Shown here piece by piece: positions 23,532 through 36,206 of a stretch of 64,000 nt of DNA; within the stretch, counting starts at the first letter, position 1; each line of letters opens with the position of its first letter. This stretch comes from Fistulifera solaris. Its lineage: Eukaryota. The stretch covers positions 1,364,001 to 1,428,000 of the forward strand of contig AP026123.1 in the NCBI GenBank assembly GCA_030295235.1, written 5' to 3'. The notes below the pieces were generated by a model. The model saw only the letters and a list, made by a program, of their open reading frames with translations, did not search any database and had not been told where the DNA came from. The position numbers and the translations under genes were made by a program.

Positions 23532-24340
23532 GGAATTTCGCGCACTTGCGATTTCAGCCGGCAATGTCTTCGAGTCCTGACCTTCATGTTTTTACCATGA
23601 TCCAAACAGATGGTTGTACCAATCCACGACTGGATTTCTGTTTTGAGACTGCATCAATTCTTTTGTACACGCAGCCTGCAGCGCGAATTTTTCTGTCTTT
23701 TTCGGGTTTGATTATAGTCTCATTACATTAATAGATCTAAAGCTTACTATGCTCTCACCTTGGAATATCGCGCAATTACGATTTCAGCCGGCAAATGTCT
23801 TCGAGTCCTGACCTTCATGTTTTTACTATGATCCAAACAGATGGTTGTACCAATCCACGACTGGATTTCTGTTTTGAGACTGCATCAATTCTTTTGTACA
23901 CGCAGCCTGCAGCGCGAATTTTTCTGTCTTTTTCGGGTTTGATTATAGTCTCATTACATTAATAGATCTAAAGCTTACTATGCTCTCACCTTGGAATATC
24001 GCGCAATTACGATTTCAGCCGGCAAATGTCTTCGAGTCCTGACCTTCATGTTTTTACTATGATCCAAACAGATGGTTGTACCAATCCACGACTGGATTTC
24101 TGTTTTGAGACTGCATCAATTCTTTTGTACACGCAGCCTGCAGCGCGAATTTTTCTGTCTTTTTCGGGTTTGATTATAGTCTCATTACATTAATAGATCT
24201 AAAGCTTACTATGCTCTCACCTTGGAATATCGCGCAATTACGATTTCAGCCGGCAAATGTCTTCGAGTCCTGACCTTCATGTTTTTACTATGATCCAAAC
24301 AGATGGTTGTACCAATCCATGTCTGGATTTCTGTCATGAG
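23532..24340 (-). repeat. Near-perfect tandem repeat, 231-bp unit x ~3.5, each unit carrying a minus-strand copy of the dispersed hairpin element
   Basis: ATTTCAGCCG at 23551, 23781, 24012 and 24243. Element copies at 23594-23646, 23825-23877, 24056-24108 and 24287-24339. Confidence 0.95.
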
Positions 24341-24479
24341 CCGCATTTTCGACGAATAAAATCATCGCCGCGTGCTTTTTATATTATAAAAAAAGAAAAG
24401 ACAAGGTGGTTTGTTTGTTGTTGATATTTGTAATTCAATAGTCTAGTATTCAACTCCAGTTACTGCATGCGAAACAATC

Positions 24480-26222
24480 ATGTCCGACAAAATCCGCCGT
24501 CGCTTTCCCGTGGGAGATCCTCGTACATCGGCGGAGCAATATCATCAAGATATGTTCCAACGAAGGCAAACGCATACCGTGTCGCTGCGGAAGGAACGCA
24601 AGGAAGAAAGACTCTGGCGTCGTCGACGACAACCACCACAATCGACCTCAGATAGAGCTGTCACAGTCGGTGAATTGATGCAACAATACAATTTATTCCT
24701 CGACAATCCTCACGAGGTCGATAAACTGAAAGTATTACAAACATCCATGGCCGTCGATTCGTCATCGACCCATCATTTTTGCAACAGTTGATCGATAACC
24801 CTGACTTAGAAGCACGGAACCGCTTGTTGATTGCTTCTCTGCAAAAAGTGTTAGAAGCAAAGTTTGGAACAATGGATGCCATTGGCAAGGCTTCATTTAA
24901 CGTTCTGATGGACGTGACGTTCTCGTCTTTGAATGCACCGAAACCCTCCGCCGATGATTATTATGGCATGCCAGCACTGCGCTGGTCCGATATTGTGCAA
25001 GAGGATGAACTATTGATGAACTTACTGGTGGATTGGCTTCAGATACCATCCGCCAATGAAGAAAGCGTAGGATACGTATGCATTATCTTGGGGAACTTAT
25101 TACACGATTCTGTTAAGGCAATTCCGTTTCTTATGTCGGCATGGGGTGCCATCGTCAAGCAACTGCCTTTTTCATCTTATCTTTGTGCGACTCTCATCCG
25201 AGAGGACTCTACTCACTTGGGTGCTTCATTTTTGTATGATTTGACTCCCGGGAAATTAGCAATCCTGCTACGAGAAAGTAGCACGGCGGAGGACGCCTCC
25301 TTCATCCTAGAAGGATTGTGTCGCAGAGAAGAAGGGGCGGTTCAGATACTGTGTGGCTCCTTGAAGCTGATATATACCATTGTCGCTGCTCTAGAAGAGA
25401 GCATGAATTCGTCAAATACACCGGTCCTTGTGCCCTTGCTGCGAGCAACACGTAACATGTTCAGACGAAGTCCGCACGCGAAAGACTTATTGTCACATCC
25501 ATCGTTTCTACCAACCGTGTCCAGGATTATGGAACAAGAAACTGAATTAGTATCTCTCGAAGTCGCTAGCGCTCTCTTTTCGTGGAACGGTACCCACGGT
25601 AACGACGAGTTTGGCACTGTGCTTGTGGAGACATTAATGCCGGTGCTTGTTCGGATCATTACATCGTCCAGCGCCTCATTTCCCTGGAAGCGCGATGCCG
25701 CGTGGGCGGTGTGCGATTCTCTGCATCACGAATGGTCAGTCGAGCACCACGCCGTGTCGCCGCAGGCGAAAGGCATCTCTGTCGCTTGGTTGTCAACCCA
25801 ATGGACCGTCCCCCAATCCGATTTTGTTCGTTCTTTGACGGACCTTTTATCCAGTCCTGATATGGAAGCTGTTGTTTCTGCATTGCAAATTCTCGACGTA
25901 CTGTTACGTATGGTTCAAACCACGCAACAAATCTTCGAAAGTGCCGGAGGAGTAGATCGGCTGGACATGATTTGCGAAAGGGGCGGTGAAGGAAGTTTCT
26001 CCGATTTTGCTTCAGTTTTAGCTGCGGATCTTTTGGACGATTTGTTTGAAAAAGATATCGAAGAGGATTCAATTATAGCCCCATCCAGAGGAGATAATGA
26101 GTTTGTGTTTGGTGTCGTAGAGCCTCAAAACGCATTTGACTTCGGTGTGGGGGAGTCAACCAGGTCCTGGTCGCGGTCGCGGTCTCACAATCCCAGCATG
26201 GATGCAACAGTCAAAGAGATAG
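24480..26222 (+). CDS. Divergent importin-alpha-like ARM protein with IBB-like N-terminus
   Basis: RRQTHTVSLRKERKEERLWRRR (IBB-like); KRDAAWAVC; FESAGGVDRLD...AADLLDDLFE plus acidic tail and FVFG/FDFG. Frameshifts at T5 (~24776) and G5 (~26149). Confidence 0.75.
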
Positions 26223-26719
26223 CTTCCAACACTTTCAAACACGTTTTTATTGTCGTTGATAAACAGAGTATACGTTGTTTCGAGGGTGACTCTGTCCAAG
26301 CAGAGCGTAATAGCTAGCGAATAACTTGCTCCGGTTCGTCGGTCAGTTGCCAAAAGGCAATATTTGACGCAAACAACCGAAATGAGTCGGAAACTACGCT
26401 CCCACGCTGCACATTACATAGAGATGATCAATAAACGTGCAATTCGCGTCATTGGCTGTTATGACAGATTTCATTGGATTTCACACCAAGGACAGAGATA
26501 AAACCGCTGTTCCCGAAGAGACCAGTCTGATAACGTATTTGCCGTACGTAATCAACGCATTAACGCGAATGATACTAAAGATATCTGCATTTAGTTTTAG
26601 GAATTCGGATTTAAAATGGCTAGAAGGACAGGCGGAAGATAGTTACTCCGGACTAGTTAGTCTGGACTCGTGTATAGGCCAAACCCCTAGGGTGCAATCT
26701 AGGGTGGTGAACTATTCAT

Positions 26720-26771
26720 TCATGACTGAAATGCAGTCTTGGTTAAGTTCGCTTACACTTGAGGCCATAGT
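26720..26771 (+). repeat. Dispersed hairpin element copy
   Basis: TCATGACTGAAATGCAGTCTTGGTTAAGTTCGCTTACACTTGAGGCCATAGT; the first 19 nt are identical to the 1253 copy. Confidence 0.8.
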
Positions 26772-27030
26772 AAGTATCCACGTTATGTGTTATGTACGTC
26801 GTAGTGGGACTCGAATCTCTGAGTGACATCAACGGCTCAAATTTCACAATGACAGCGAGGACGACGGACACACCGACCTCTGTTGCTGTTGCGCGTTGTT
26901 TGCTGCGATGAACGCAGCAGAGACACAATGATGATCGAGCTATGCAAAGCTGACTTCTTTTGTGAATATATGTTATCGTTGCATTAATAGCCCTTAAACC
27001 GTGTGTCGTTTGCCTTTTAGTTGATGTAAA

Positions 27031-30000
27031 ATGAGTAGTCGCGATGATGACGACGGATTGCTCGATGACTCTGAATCATCGGATGGCGGGTTTGAGCCTC
27101 CGAAAAAACGCAAAAAGACCGATTCGAAAAAGTCTTTCATCGATGACGCAGCAGAGGAGAGCGGAGAAGATGGCGATGATAATGATGAGGACGAGGAAGA
27201 TGACGACGACATCAATGATTACGTAAAAGACGGTTTTGTTGTGGACGAAGATGAGGAGGAAAACAAGAAGAAAAGATGATTTAGAGGATTCCGATGACGA
27301 AGATGACGACGACGAGGATGATGACGATGATAGCCCAAGGAAAACATCAGACAAAGAAGCAACCAGAAAACGGTTGAAAAAGCTCCGTAGGACGCGCGAC
27401 ACGGATTTACTTGACGAAGACGATCTTGCACTTATCCAGGAGGCGCAAGCTGGTGAAGATCGTGCCGACAAAGAGGCTCAACGGCAGCGGGTACTTGCAC
27501 GATCCGAAGCCGAACTCCGTCGAGGATTGTTTGCCGACCAGGAAGACGAGGATGAGATGCCCCGACCTGCACGTCGACCAGAGCGAGTGGAAGAATACGA
27601 CGAGTACGATGATGGGTTCATTGAAGATGACATCGGTGATCAAGGCGAAATCCGTGCTTCCGAAAGAAGAGGGGGTATGTTTGATGATGAAGATGCGAGG
27701 GAAGTAAGCGAAGCTCAGTTGAATGAAGCAAGCGAGATATTCGGTACTGATTACTTGGAGTTCATGGCAGCTGAACAACCAGACGAAGACGAAGAGGAGT
27801 TACTTGGCAAGTACCGGGAACGAGGAATCGACGTAGGGGATGAGTCTGAAGAAGAAGAGAGCGACGATGACGATCTTTTGGAGACGACGATGATGACGAT
27901 GCATTGGATGGAGAAACAGCCCAGCAGAAAGCCGAAGCTTTGAAGTTAAAACGCGAAAAGCGAGCACTGGCAAAAGCCGAGCGTCGTCGAGCTGCTTTGC
28001 AAAAGAAAGCGCAAAGACGTAAAGCCCAGCTAAGAAAAGCCTTTGAACCTGTTCAACTTGTTGAAAACTTTTGTACTGATCGAGATGACGACATTCGCCA
28101 AACAGATATTCCCGAGCGCTTTTACGATTGGAAAATTCCTTTTGATGGTTCAGAGGATGATGGCTTGACCGATTCGGAACGAATTAAAGCAGAGTGGATA
28201 GCTGAACGTATTCCGAAAATCTGTGCAGAGATCACCAATAGTAAGAGTGAGGACGAAAAGACTCGCGTTTTGAATGCTATTGCAAATGCTCTTCGTTTCA
28301 TGCATCGTGACAAGCTCGAGCCTTCATTTTTAAAGCACTATCGCAGAGATTATATTCAATCTGCTGCAGTTCGCGAAAGCCTATATGATATCATGGATGA
28401 AGACTCTGAGTGGCACAATATGCTCAATGCCAGAAAGAAGGTAGAAGACCTTTTGCCGAGATCAATGCAACAATGGAAGTCGAACAATCTAAAAACCTTG
28501 ATGTAGAGCTGACTGAGAAACTTCAGGCTGATTTAAAGACGGCGGAAGAACAGCTTAACGATACCGCAAAACAAGAAACACAAGTACAGCATGAGCTAGA
28601 AGCTTTGGGAGCTGCAGACGACGATGATGATGACGAGCTTTTTGGGGACGACAACGATGATGAAGAAGTGAGTTTTTCCTCTCGACGCATTACCATCGCA
28701 TTTTCCATTAACCTAACGATTGCTTCGTTTTAGGAGAAGAAGAGAGAGCGGACAAGGCTTACTCAACATCTCGAAACAATCCAGTCACTATTGGAAGCAC
28801 GCGCAGAGAAAGTGGCACAATTGCAGTCGCAGCTTCAACTTGCAGAGGCAAAAAATCGATCATTGAGCGACGGAGGATCCATCGAAAGAATACTGAGAAA
28901 GACGAACAAAAAATCCCTGTGGCATGTGCCTGACTATACTCACTACCTACTGGGGCTTCAAGATACTCGCCACATAGTTGACATGAATGTTTACCTCACT
29001 TTAATCAAAGAAGGAAATGACGCCATTAGGAAGAAGGAGCTCCCAGCTCTTGTCTTGAAAGAAGGAATGAGTGAACGGCGAAAACGCAGCCGTAGATTTG
29101 ACCGAGATTTTTACAGGACTTGCGTATCAGAGGGTCTTCGAGCCGTTTGTTATCGTTTTCTCTTGTCGCCCTCCCGTGTTGGTATCAAATTGGAGGATTC
29201 GGTAAAGTATGGGAAGTTTGACTTTTCAAAGCCTCTTCCCGGTGCAGAAGAGCAGAGTGTTGATCCTCTCCAATGGGTCGCGCCAACTATTGCAGACAAG
29301 AGTCCATCCGATTTTGCCAATGAGCTAATAGGAAGTGGAGAACTTGTTATGCTTTCTTCGCTAGATCCTGCCGACATGTCAGAAAGTAACGACCCTTTAC
29401 GTGGCTGCAGATACGTTGCCGCGACAGAACTGGCAGCCGAACCTAGGGTTCGACGGACTCTCAGAGAAATATATCGCAAACATGCCGTACTGACCACTAG
29501 ACCGACGAAGAAAGGGTTGGATGTTATTGATGCGTTTCACGACTACTACGGCATCCACTTAATATTTGCGAAACCCGTAAAAGAACATTTTCCTGTGGAC
29601 GCGGACGAAGCACAACGGCGAAAGGACATTCTTGGTCCATCGGAACAGAAAGAATACGATAACGAGATGACAGAGCGCCAGAGGCGAAGTTGCCTCCAAT
29701 ACTTAAACGTTCTTAAGGCTGAGCAAACCGGACTCGTCTCTCTTCATGTTCACCTTCCTCTGAAAGAAAAGCGAGATGATTGGTATAGTATTGATACCGA
29801 TCAGCTGCTGAACACGAACCAGAACTTGAAGCCGTTGCTTGATGAGCTTGAAAAAGTTTACCTTCCACTAGACGCCGACGAATTTAACGAGGAACGCCGG
29901 AAAGTGGTGCATACGGCATTGACCAACTTCCTTCTCCCTCAATTCGAAGCGGAGCTTAAGCGGGAACTACGAGATACGTCAGTCAAAATTGGGGTAGAGG

Positions 30001-33000
30001 CCGCCGCAAGTAATTTGCGAAAAATGGCGATGGATGGGCCGTACCGACCTGCAGCAATCGTCCACACAGAAAATCGCTTTCTGTATCCTACGGGTGATTT
30101 GCCATTCGTTGGTGTGTCATGTTCGTCAGATCCCAAGGAAGCTACGTACTTAGCTGCGGTAACTGACCGGGGGGAATCAAGTGATTACCTTGCAATTCCT
30201 AGTGGTGTAAAAGTTGACTCACCGAAAATGCGCGAGAAGGTTATCATGTTTTTAATTCAAACACGACCTGCAGCTGTTATGGTTGGTACCTCCGGCGGCT
30301 TTGAAAGCCGTTTGTTTCAGCGGAAAATGGTTGATTTGGTAAACGAAGCTGTTCAGCGGTGGAATAAGCGTGATATTCAGGGAGAAGACGAAGACGATGA
30401 TGCTTTTCTTTCACGACAAGACCAGTTTAGGCAGTTTCAAACTAATATTCATGACGACGACCAAGATGAGTGGACATGCAACGTTGAGTTAATTGACGAT
30501 TCAGTCTCGCAGTTGTTTGGTCGGAGTGTGCGGTCGAAGAAAGAGTTTCCAGACCACGCAATGAATTTAAAATGCGCCATCTCTGTTGCTAGATATGCTA
30601 AAGATCCTCTTGCCGAGCTTGCATATGCTTGGAGTGTGGCAAGTGACTCGGGTAACTTCGGTACAGAGATGCTTTACCTGAATATTCACCCTTCACAGCA
30701 ACTGCTTCCCCGCACATTTTTACTTCGTCATTACGAAAGGGCTCTTTGTGATATCGTCGCTGAGATTGGGGTGGACCTGAACAAATGTACGGCTTTGGAT
30801 CATCTGAAAGGCTTGCTGACTTTTGTTCCGGGATTGGGTCCACGTAAAGCCGCTAACTTAAACCATATGCTGTCTCAAATGGGAGGCGCCATAGCTAAGA
30901 GACGGGACCTTCTAGAAAAGCGAGTCCTTGGGCCAGTAGTTTACAATAATGCAGTTGCATTTTTGCGAATCGAAGATGCGGACCAGCTTGCGGACCATGT
31001 ACTTCACCCCCTCGATGGCACCCGGTTGCATCCAGACGTTTACATTCGCAACAACTGGGCATTAAAAATTGCTTTTGATGCTCTCGAACGAGAAGACCCG
31101 AAAACAAAGGAGTCAGCAGCTATCAAAGCTGTGAGAGATGTCATGGATGATTCTCATTTAGAAGTCGAGAGACTCTTTAAGGCCACAAAGGCGGAGTGGG
31201 AGCGACACTATGGTCCAACGTTCAACATTAAAGAGTGGGACCCGAGAGTCAATGTTCCTCACGATCAGTGGCGTGACAAAGTGGAAGAATTGGATCTCGA
31301 CACTTTTGCCAATATGATAGAGCAAAACGGCCACGGGCGCTGGCACACACACCTTGAAATGATTAAGTGGGAATTTCGTTTGCCAGCAGCGGACCCGCGG
31401 AAACCGCTAGAACCACTTTCCGGGGATAAAGTATTCCATTTGATTACAGGTGAATCTGATCAAAGTCTTCGACCTGGCAAGGAAATAACCGGAAAAGTCA
31501 TCCGCAATGGTGATTTTGGTTCTCGTGTCAAACTTGAAGGTGACATTCCAGCGTTTATCCCTCTCAGAAATTTATCTGATGAACACGTCGAATCCGCTGA
31601 TGACTTCGTTAGCGTCGGCCAGATTGTGACCGCGGTAGTGACAGAAGTAAAGAAAGATCATATGACAGTTGACATGAGTTTGAAATTGGAAGACTTTCGT
31701 AAGAAGCCTAGTTCCTGGGAACGTCCCACCTCCCTTTTTTCACTTGACGAATGCTTCGACATTCAAGCGGCAAATAAGATTGAAGATGACAACGCAAAAA
31801 GAGAGATGCTCATGTAGATGCTCTACTTGTAAGTCTTGGAAGAACGGGAGACGACGTCGATGGACTTCGCAAAGGAAAGAGACGCGTTGTCCGACGGGCA
31901 TGTACCCACCCTGCCTTCCGTAATGCAAAAAACAAAGAGGTAGAACGCGAGTTATTGGACGGGGGCTCTCAGATGGTTGGAGAGGCACTCATTCGCCCTA
32001 GCAATAAATCAAGCGACTCGCTGGCTATCCATTGGGTTGTTAAAGAAGGCATGATCAAAGTGATTGAAGTGTTGGAAGAAAACAAGGAAACAGATGCTAG
32101 CATTGGAAACATTTTGAAGATAAAGGTATGTTTCGTGTTTCGCCGTTTGCTATCCCTTTTCCTTGCTTCGTTTCCGACCTTCGCAATATTACAGGACGAT
32201 ACATTCGGCAGCATCGACGAACTTCTTGGACGGTTTATTGCCCCCATGAACGACTACGTCGAGGAGCTCGTAAGCCATCGTAAATTTCTTGATCTTACAG
32301 AAGAAGAAGTGGATGCTAAGCTCAAGGATGAAAAGAAGGCCAACCCGAAGTCCATTCCTTACGCACTCTGTTGGCTCGAAATGCACCCCGGCTACGCATC
32401 TTTGCGATTTGTTGCGTCTTCAACTCCGAGAAATCATACTATCGGAATCAGCCCAAAAGGATTCTCCTGGAATTCAATTACGTATCCCAATCTGGATGTT
32501 CTTATTGACGGTTTCAAGAAGAATCCTCGTGGCTCGGCCCCGAAACCGAAGGAACTTCCGTCTGCCCCTAAGCCTCCAGCACCGCCAGTTCCCTCTCGAC
32601 TTCCGACGGAAAACAGATGGGGTGCAAAGCCACTTCCACCAGCTGCAACAACTACTGGTTGGAATCAAGCGCAACCGCCTCCTCCTTCTACGAAAGTGGG
32701 TCCTCCTTCTGCTAAGGTTAGATGGGGTGCGCCATCTCCTGCTCCTCCTGCTGTTGCTAAGGTTGGTTGGGGTGCACCGTCTTCGGCTCCTCCGCCGACA
32801 TACGCGGCTCCTCCCCCAGTTGGTTGGGGCGCCCCATCCGGGCAAACGGGTTCAGGTTGGGCACCTCAGAGAGTTCCCCCTCCTCCTAGACCTCCATCGC
32901 AGCATCAGCCGCCACCACCCGGACCGCCAGCAATGCATCGCCCTCCCCCGCCGAATATTGCACCACCGAACTTGCCTCCACCGCCAATGTACAACCAGGC

Positions 33001-33177
33001 GCCTCCGCCGAGACCTCCCCACCGAGGCCCGTTCCAAACTTGCCGCCTCCTGCAGCCCGACCACCGCCACCGGAGTACGGCTTTGGCGGCGACCTTCCAC
33101 CCCCACAGGACCCCGGACAAGGTCGCGGCCGTGGACGAGGACGTACTTTGCCAGCGTGGATGTCGAAAGGACAGTAA
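27031..33177 (+). CDS. SPT6: Transcription elongation factor / histone chaperone SPT6
   Basis: Acidic N-terminus (DYVKDGFVVD, LDEDDLALI); IRQTDIPERF; YqgF/HhH region (FVPGLGPRKA); LDGTRLHP; S1 and tandem SH2-like regions. Introns 28668-28733 and 32126-32194; several homopolymer frameshifts. Confidence 0.95.
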
Positions 33178-33614
33178 GGTGTTAGCTGTTTGTGTGACTC
33201 TTGCGCGTTGCTGAGGATCTAGAGGAAACATCTAGTTAAGTAGTAAAATGTCTTTTGAACATTATTTTTTCATCAATGATCATTGATCTGTCAGGAGGGG
33301 ATCGACGATGAATGAAGAGAGAAAGAATTGTTATTTTGTGAATTTTTGGTGTCACGATATTTTGGAAAGGTTTTCAGTGCCGTACAGACAATAACACATG
33401 CTATGCCCGCAATTCAGACAGGAAAAGTTTCCGTTCGAGAAGTACCGGTACAGTACCCGCTGCCCTTTTGAAAAAATTGCCGACAAAAAAATAATGACGA
33501 CGAGACAAGAAGAAACAATACCAGTAAGGTGAAAAAATGTTCAAGATTATTGAATCTCCTGTTTAAATCACATTCATGCCTCACTTGCTCTCGCACATCA
33601 GTCCCCCCGCGACC

Positions 33615-34749
33615 ATGAAGCCTTTTAAATTCTTTGCGTGGGCATCTCTAGTTACGAGGTTAAAAGTAACGACCGCATCGCACGAAGGAGGCATTTCACT
33701 CTGCAACGATCTTAAGACGGTTTGCGTCGATGGTGGATACTGTACAAAAAGAAAAAAGCCAAGAGTATTTTTGTGAATGCCTCGATAGTTCTGTGAACTG
33801 TACAATGGTAGTTAGCGATTTGTGTTCGAGAACTGCCATCAGGGATGGACATGTAATTTCGCCAAGTCAAATTTTCGGTTTTTGTATAAACAAAGGGCAC
33901 TGCGCTACGAGTGGCGATGGAAGGTTTTACTGCGTCTGTAAAGAAAGCACATTTACGGGCCCCCACTGTGAGATTTCCATGGAACGATATTTACAGCAAG
34001 GTATACCAACAGCAGCACCCGCTGCTCTTAACTCAACAAGTAGTGCGATCCCTTCATTTGCCCCATCAAAAGCAAATCGATCAGATGCTCCAAATAACAG
34101 CCTACCATCATTTGCGCCCTCCTCTTTCAATGATACATCGTTGAGGCCATCTTTGGCACCTTCGATCGGAACCAATAATAGCGTGACGCCCACTTCCTCC
34201 GCATCGCCTTCGGCATCCTTCGCGCCCACAACAGCATGGCCTTCAACTTCCAACTTTCCTACTACTGCTTTACCCACAGACACCTGGTTTCCAACGGCAA
34301 GTGCTATGCCTACCATAACATCACTTCCCACGATGACAGCAATACCATCTACTTCGGAGCCGTCCAGCAACCCGTCGGCAAGTCCCTCCATAGCCCCGAG
34401 CATTGCGGTCACAACAGCTAATCCAACAAGACGACCAGAGCGCCCACCAGTTCTAGAACCACCAACTTTTGTTGCTCCTGTATCGTATAACGATGATGAT
34501 GTTCCGGAGGAGAAACAGGGTCTACCAAAGGGCGCTTTGATTGGAATGGGGTTACTTGCGGTTGCAGCAGTGTTGTTAACACTTCTTTTCTATAAGCGAC
34601 GACGACGAGGAGGACGCTATTCACAAGCCGGTCGAATCAATGAGGGTGACTTAGAGTTGACGACGAATTACCTAGACGACCGAGATGATTGGGCGAACCA
34701 AAGACCACTCACAGCTGGTAGTCGTCGAGTCGACGATGAACTGCTGTAA
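33615..34749 (+). CDS. Type I membrane protein with EGF-like domain(s) and P/S/T-rich stalk
   Basis: FCINKGHC...FYCVCKESTFTGPHCE; PSxAPS repeats; TM followed by KRRRR; frameshift in the A-run ~33746-33757. Confidence 0.75.
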
Positions 34750-35071
34750 TCAGTATAACAAAATGATTTTTCATACAATGGAAACTTGTAAAGCGGTATT
34801 ATTTAGAAATGTTACGCCAAAGTAAGCTAGGTACGTACCGTACCTGTACTCTAGGTGCTAGGTCCGAAAATGTGCGAGGAACGCGATGAAGGCGTTAGCG
34901 GAAATCACCGTCCGTCTGTCCGCTACCAGCGATCGAGCGTCTTTTTATTGCGCTGCCACACTCTTCTTCTTCTCATTGCTCGCATCTTTCGCAAACAATA
35001 ACCAACCGTCGTCGCAAATCCACTCTATTTTAGCTTTGCTTATATTTTAACAGATCGTCAAGTCGTTTCTC

Positions 35072-35350
35072 ATGCAACCAAGAGAAGTTGTTGATTTAAG
35101 CTTGTTTCTAAGCGAGTGGTCGCGGTGTCTTACAGCGAAATATCAACGAGATCGACTGTATCGTTTCGGGAAGTTTGATGATTGTGGGTCCCAATGGCAG
35201 GATTTCAAGAAAGCACTTCGCGCTAAGGTCAACAAGGATGAAGCCGAGGCACGTAAATTGATCGAGCAAACGTCCTATTACAATCGTACATTCATCTCCC
35301 CCACGGTGGGAGTTATTTGGGAAGCCAAAGAGCAACCGGGTTGGCACTGA
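35072..35350 (+). CDS. Small EMI1/DUF3128-like protein
   Basis: RCL...Q...LYRFGKFDDC...W.DFK..L...VIWE pattern. Confidence 0.6.
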   Translation: MQPREVVDLSLFLSEWSRCLTAKYQRDRLYRFGKFDDCGSQWQDFKKALRAKVNKDEAEARKLIEQTSYYNRTFISPTVGVIWEAKEQPGWH

Positions 35351-36206
35351 TGCGGCAGAGATTCACAGCAGTTTGTCGGCATCAATTTAAAGGATTTGTT
35401 GATTTCTATTTACGGGAGTATTTTGTGGCTCCTTGACGAAGTCAGCTGTTGGGCTTGAGCGACAGATTATACAGCTTTCGCGACAGAAAATTTCCCTAGG
35501 ACTGTCGACGTCACCACGGATGATGACCAAGTGTTTCATCGACTGATGATTTGACATGCATGATTCATGGAGGGAGGATTAATCAACTATTGTTCATAAA
35601 GAACACAGAGCAAATTCAATGATGCTTTGTGTCGAATGAGTTACTAAGCTTTGAAATGCACGCATTTTCATTTGGAAGGCATTGATATCACGTTTCTTAA
35701 TAGGTATTAACAAACTAGATTGTATCCATTTTCACGAGACGTTCCGTTCTCGATTAGCGGCCATGAATGGCTTTCAATCTTTCCCTCGTCATCTCTATTT
35801 TTCCACTAAGTTCCCTGAAAGTCTCTAAAGAGCTGTCGCCTGATGATGTAGATGAATGACTTTAGTACTACGTAATGACTAAGAGATAGCTCATAGTTTA
35901 GTTGTCAATATTAGGTGGCTTTTTACGGTTTTACGGAACATTCATTTCAGCGAACGCAAAAGGGTTAGAGCTTTAGCCACGGCCCATTTTCCTCTCTATT
36001 TTCTAGACCTATTGGTGCACAAAATTTTGGTGAAGCGTAATAGTCTACATGGTAAATAATCAACAAAACATCTTCTCTTCTCGTCAACGACAGGAAGACC
36101 CCGGCCAACCATTCACCTTATAAATTCAAACGAACCGTCTCAGCTCTTAAAGTGAGGCTCGAAGCGGAAACGAAATACGTACAACATCGCACAACCCGTT
36201 TCAAAC

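Noticed and set aside
26437..26826. 129-aa ORF upstream of SPT6
   Set aside because: Non-ATG start, runs through the dispersed element, and has no protein-like features.
32289..33231. Long overlapping and antisense ORFs over the SPT6 tail (and over other genes)
   Set aside because: Shadow frames of GC-rich or low-complexity coding sequence.
35515..35640. Box C/D snoRNA candidate (TGATGA ... CTGA)
   Set aside because: No terminal stem or recognisable rRNA antisense element of adequate length.
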